Source: Candidatus Latescibacterota bacterium (GTDB taxonomy: Bacteria; Latescibacterota; UBA2968; UBA8231). From it: a DNA stretch of 64,000 nt. Made by a program: the position numbers and the translations under genes. The stretch covers positions 4,322,554 through 4,386,553 of the forward strand of contig OZ220089.1 in the NCBI GenBank assembly GCA_964291625.2. Direction: 5' to 3'. The notes under the pieces were generated by a model that worked only from the letters and a program-made list of their open reading frames with translations, had not been told where the DNA came from and did not search any database. Positions 63,235-64,000 of the stretch are shown here, piece by piece; position 1 is the first letter of the stretch; every line of letters starts with the position of its first letter.

Positions 63235-63484
63235 GTGGCGTGACTCCGGGGGGGAGGGCTCGGGCCGGCAAGAGTTGCGCGAGGCGCCGGCGAATCCGCG
63301 TAGGCACAGAGTTCCCAAAAGGTTACGGGGCCGCCGTAGATCGTCAAGCCGTCGCCGGGCCTGCCGCGTCTGCTTGTGACCACACGGGGCGGCCCATACC
63401 TTGCGGCGAGAGAGCCCCCCATCGCCCGGCCGGGTGCCCGCCCTGGCGGACCCGCCGCCCTCACCCTCCAGCCTGGAGAGTCCC

Positions 63485-64000
63485 ATGCCCGCCCCCCTGC
63501 GCATCCAGGAGGTCGAGCGCATCACCGTGCGCGTGCCCTTCACCGAGCGCGTGAGCCGCTGGAACGCGCTCCTCGTCTGGCAGTGGCAGATCGTCGAGAT
63601 CATCCGCGTCACCACCGACGACGGCAGCGTCGGCTACGGCGAGACCCTGCCCCACTACACCTGGGGGCCGGTCGGCGACCAGGCCCTGGAGGGCGTGCGC
63701 GGCCGCAACCCCTCCGAGCTGCTCGGCGACGACAGCCTCGGCGCCGGCCTGCAGATGGCGCTCTACGACGTGGTCGGCAAGGCCCTGGGGGTACCCGCCT
63801 ACAAGCTGTTCAACCTGCCCAAGGTGCGCGACTGGTGCCCCATCGCCTGGTGGAACACCAAGATGAGCCCCGAGGACCTGGCCGGGGAGGCGAAGGACGC
63901 GGTGGCCGCAGGCTACATCTTCCACAAGTTCAAGACCCGGCCCTGGATCGACGTCTACCAGCAGGTGGAGGCCGTCAGCGCCGTCACCCCCCGCCATTAC
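63485..64000 (+). CDS. Enolase-superfamily (mandelate racemase/MLE-like) protein, N-terminal part; runs off the right edge
   Basis: Not in the ORF track because it is open-ended. My translation from ATG 63485: 'MPAPLRIQEVERITVRVPF...IIRVTTDDGSVGYGETL...GLQMALYDVVGKALGVPAYKLF'. Confidence 0.7.
   Translation, partial: MPAPLRIQEVERITVRVPFTERVSRWNALLVWQWQIVEIIRVTTDDGSVGYGETLPHYTWGPVGDQALEGVRGRNPSELLGDDSLGAGLQMALYDVVGKALGVPAYKLFNLPKVRDWCPIAWWNTKMSPEDLAGEAKDAVAAGYIFHKFKTRPWIDVYQQVEAVSAVTPRHY

Noticed and set aside
1-64000. Window-wide scan for CRISPR arrays, rRNA, tRNA, IS elements, integrases and prophage genes
   Set aside because: I saw no regularly spaced direct repeats, no rRNA-like or tRNA-like conserved segments, and no transposase, integrase, capsid or terminase-like ORFs. 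The only repeats found are the two local duplications reported above.

Overview
High-GC bacterial chromosomal segment (roughly 65-70% G+C by eye) with two lower-GC accessory patches. I can support about 65 protein-coding genes. I found no rRNA, tRNA, CRISPR array, transposase or integrase. All family calls come from motif recognition by eye, because no searches could be run.

Gene order, left to right:
(1) A defence-type island: a TIR-domain gene running off the left edge, divergent from a single-chain type IIG/IIL restriction-modification enzyme, then a lower-GC two-gene cassette (TIGR02391/Ymh-like plus an unknown 265-aa protein).
(2) A polysaccharide-lyase / sugar-acid cluster: heparinase II/III-like, isochorismatase-like, enolase-superfamily, MDR dehydrogenase, GH-A-like.
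(3) A second lower-GC patch with AAC(3), a decayed GNAT gene, a duplicated lipoprotein fragment, a cupin fragment and a double PhyH protein.
(4) HpcH aldolase and polA, then two tandem full-length paralogs of a Rieske-domain fusion protein directly upstream of amtB-glnK, then an AKR and a PurF-like gene.
(5) ffh-rpsP-rimM-trmD-rplS with a coupled small membrane protein and a PhyH dioxygenase.
(6) An ECF sigma factor whose C-terminal 300 aa look like DnaN sliding-clamp domains II-III.
(7) rpe / PASTA / rsmB, recJ-apgM-glpQ, small envelope genes, L,D-transpeptidase, ceramidase-like, a second sigma factor, nfo, amidohydrolase, DUF4159-like, PIG-L, PfkB, mutM, gntK.
(8) A 10-gene Mbh-ordered Mrp antiporter cluster with three NuoL/M/N-type subunits.
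(9) A partial enolase-superfamily gene at the right edge.

Best candidates for something undescribed:
- the ECF-sigma::clamp-like fusion (32696-34132);
- the Rieske-fusion paralog pair linked to amtB-glnK (19911-25202);
- the TIR / type IIG / Ymh-like island (1-5232).

Several genes show apparent frameshifts or lack canonical start codons. This could be real decay or assembly indels.
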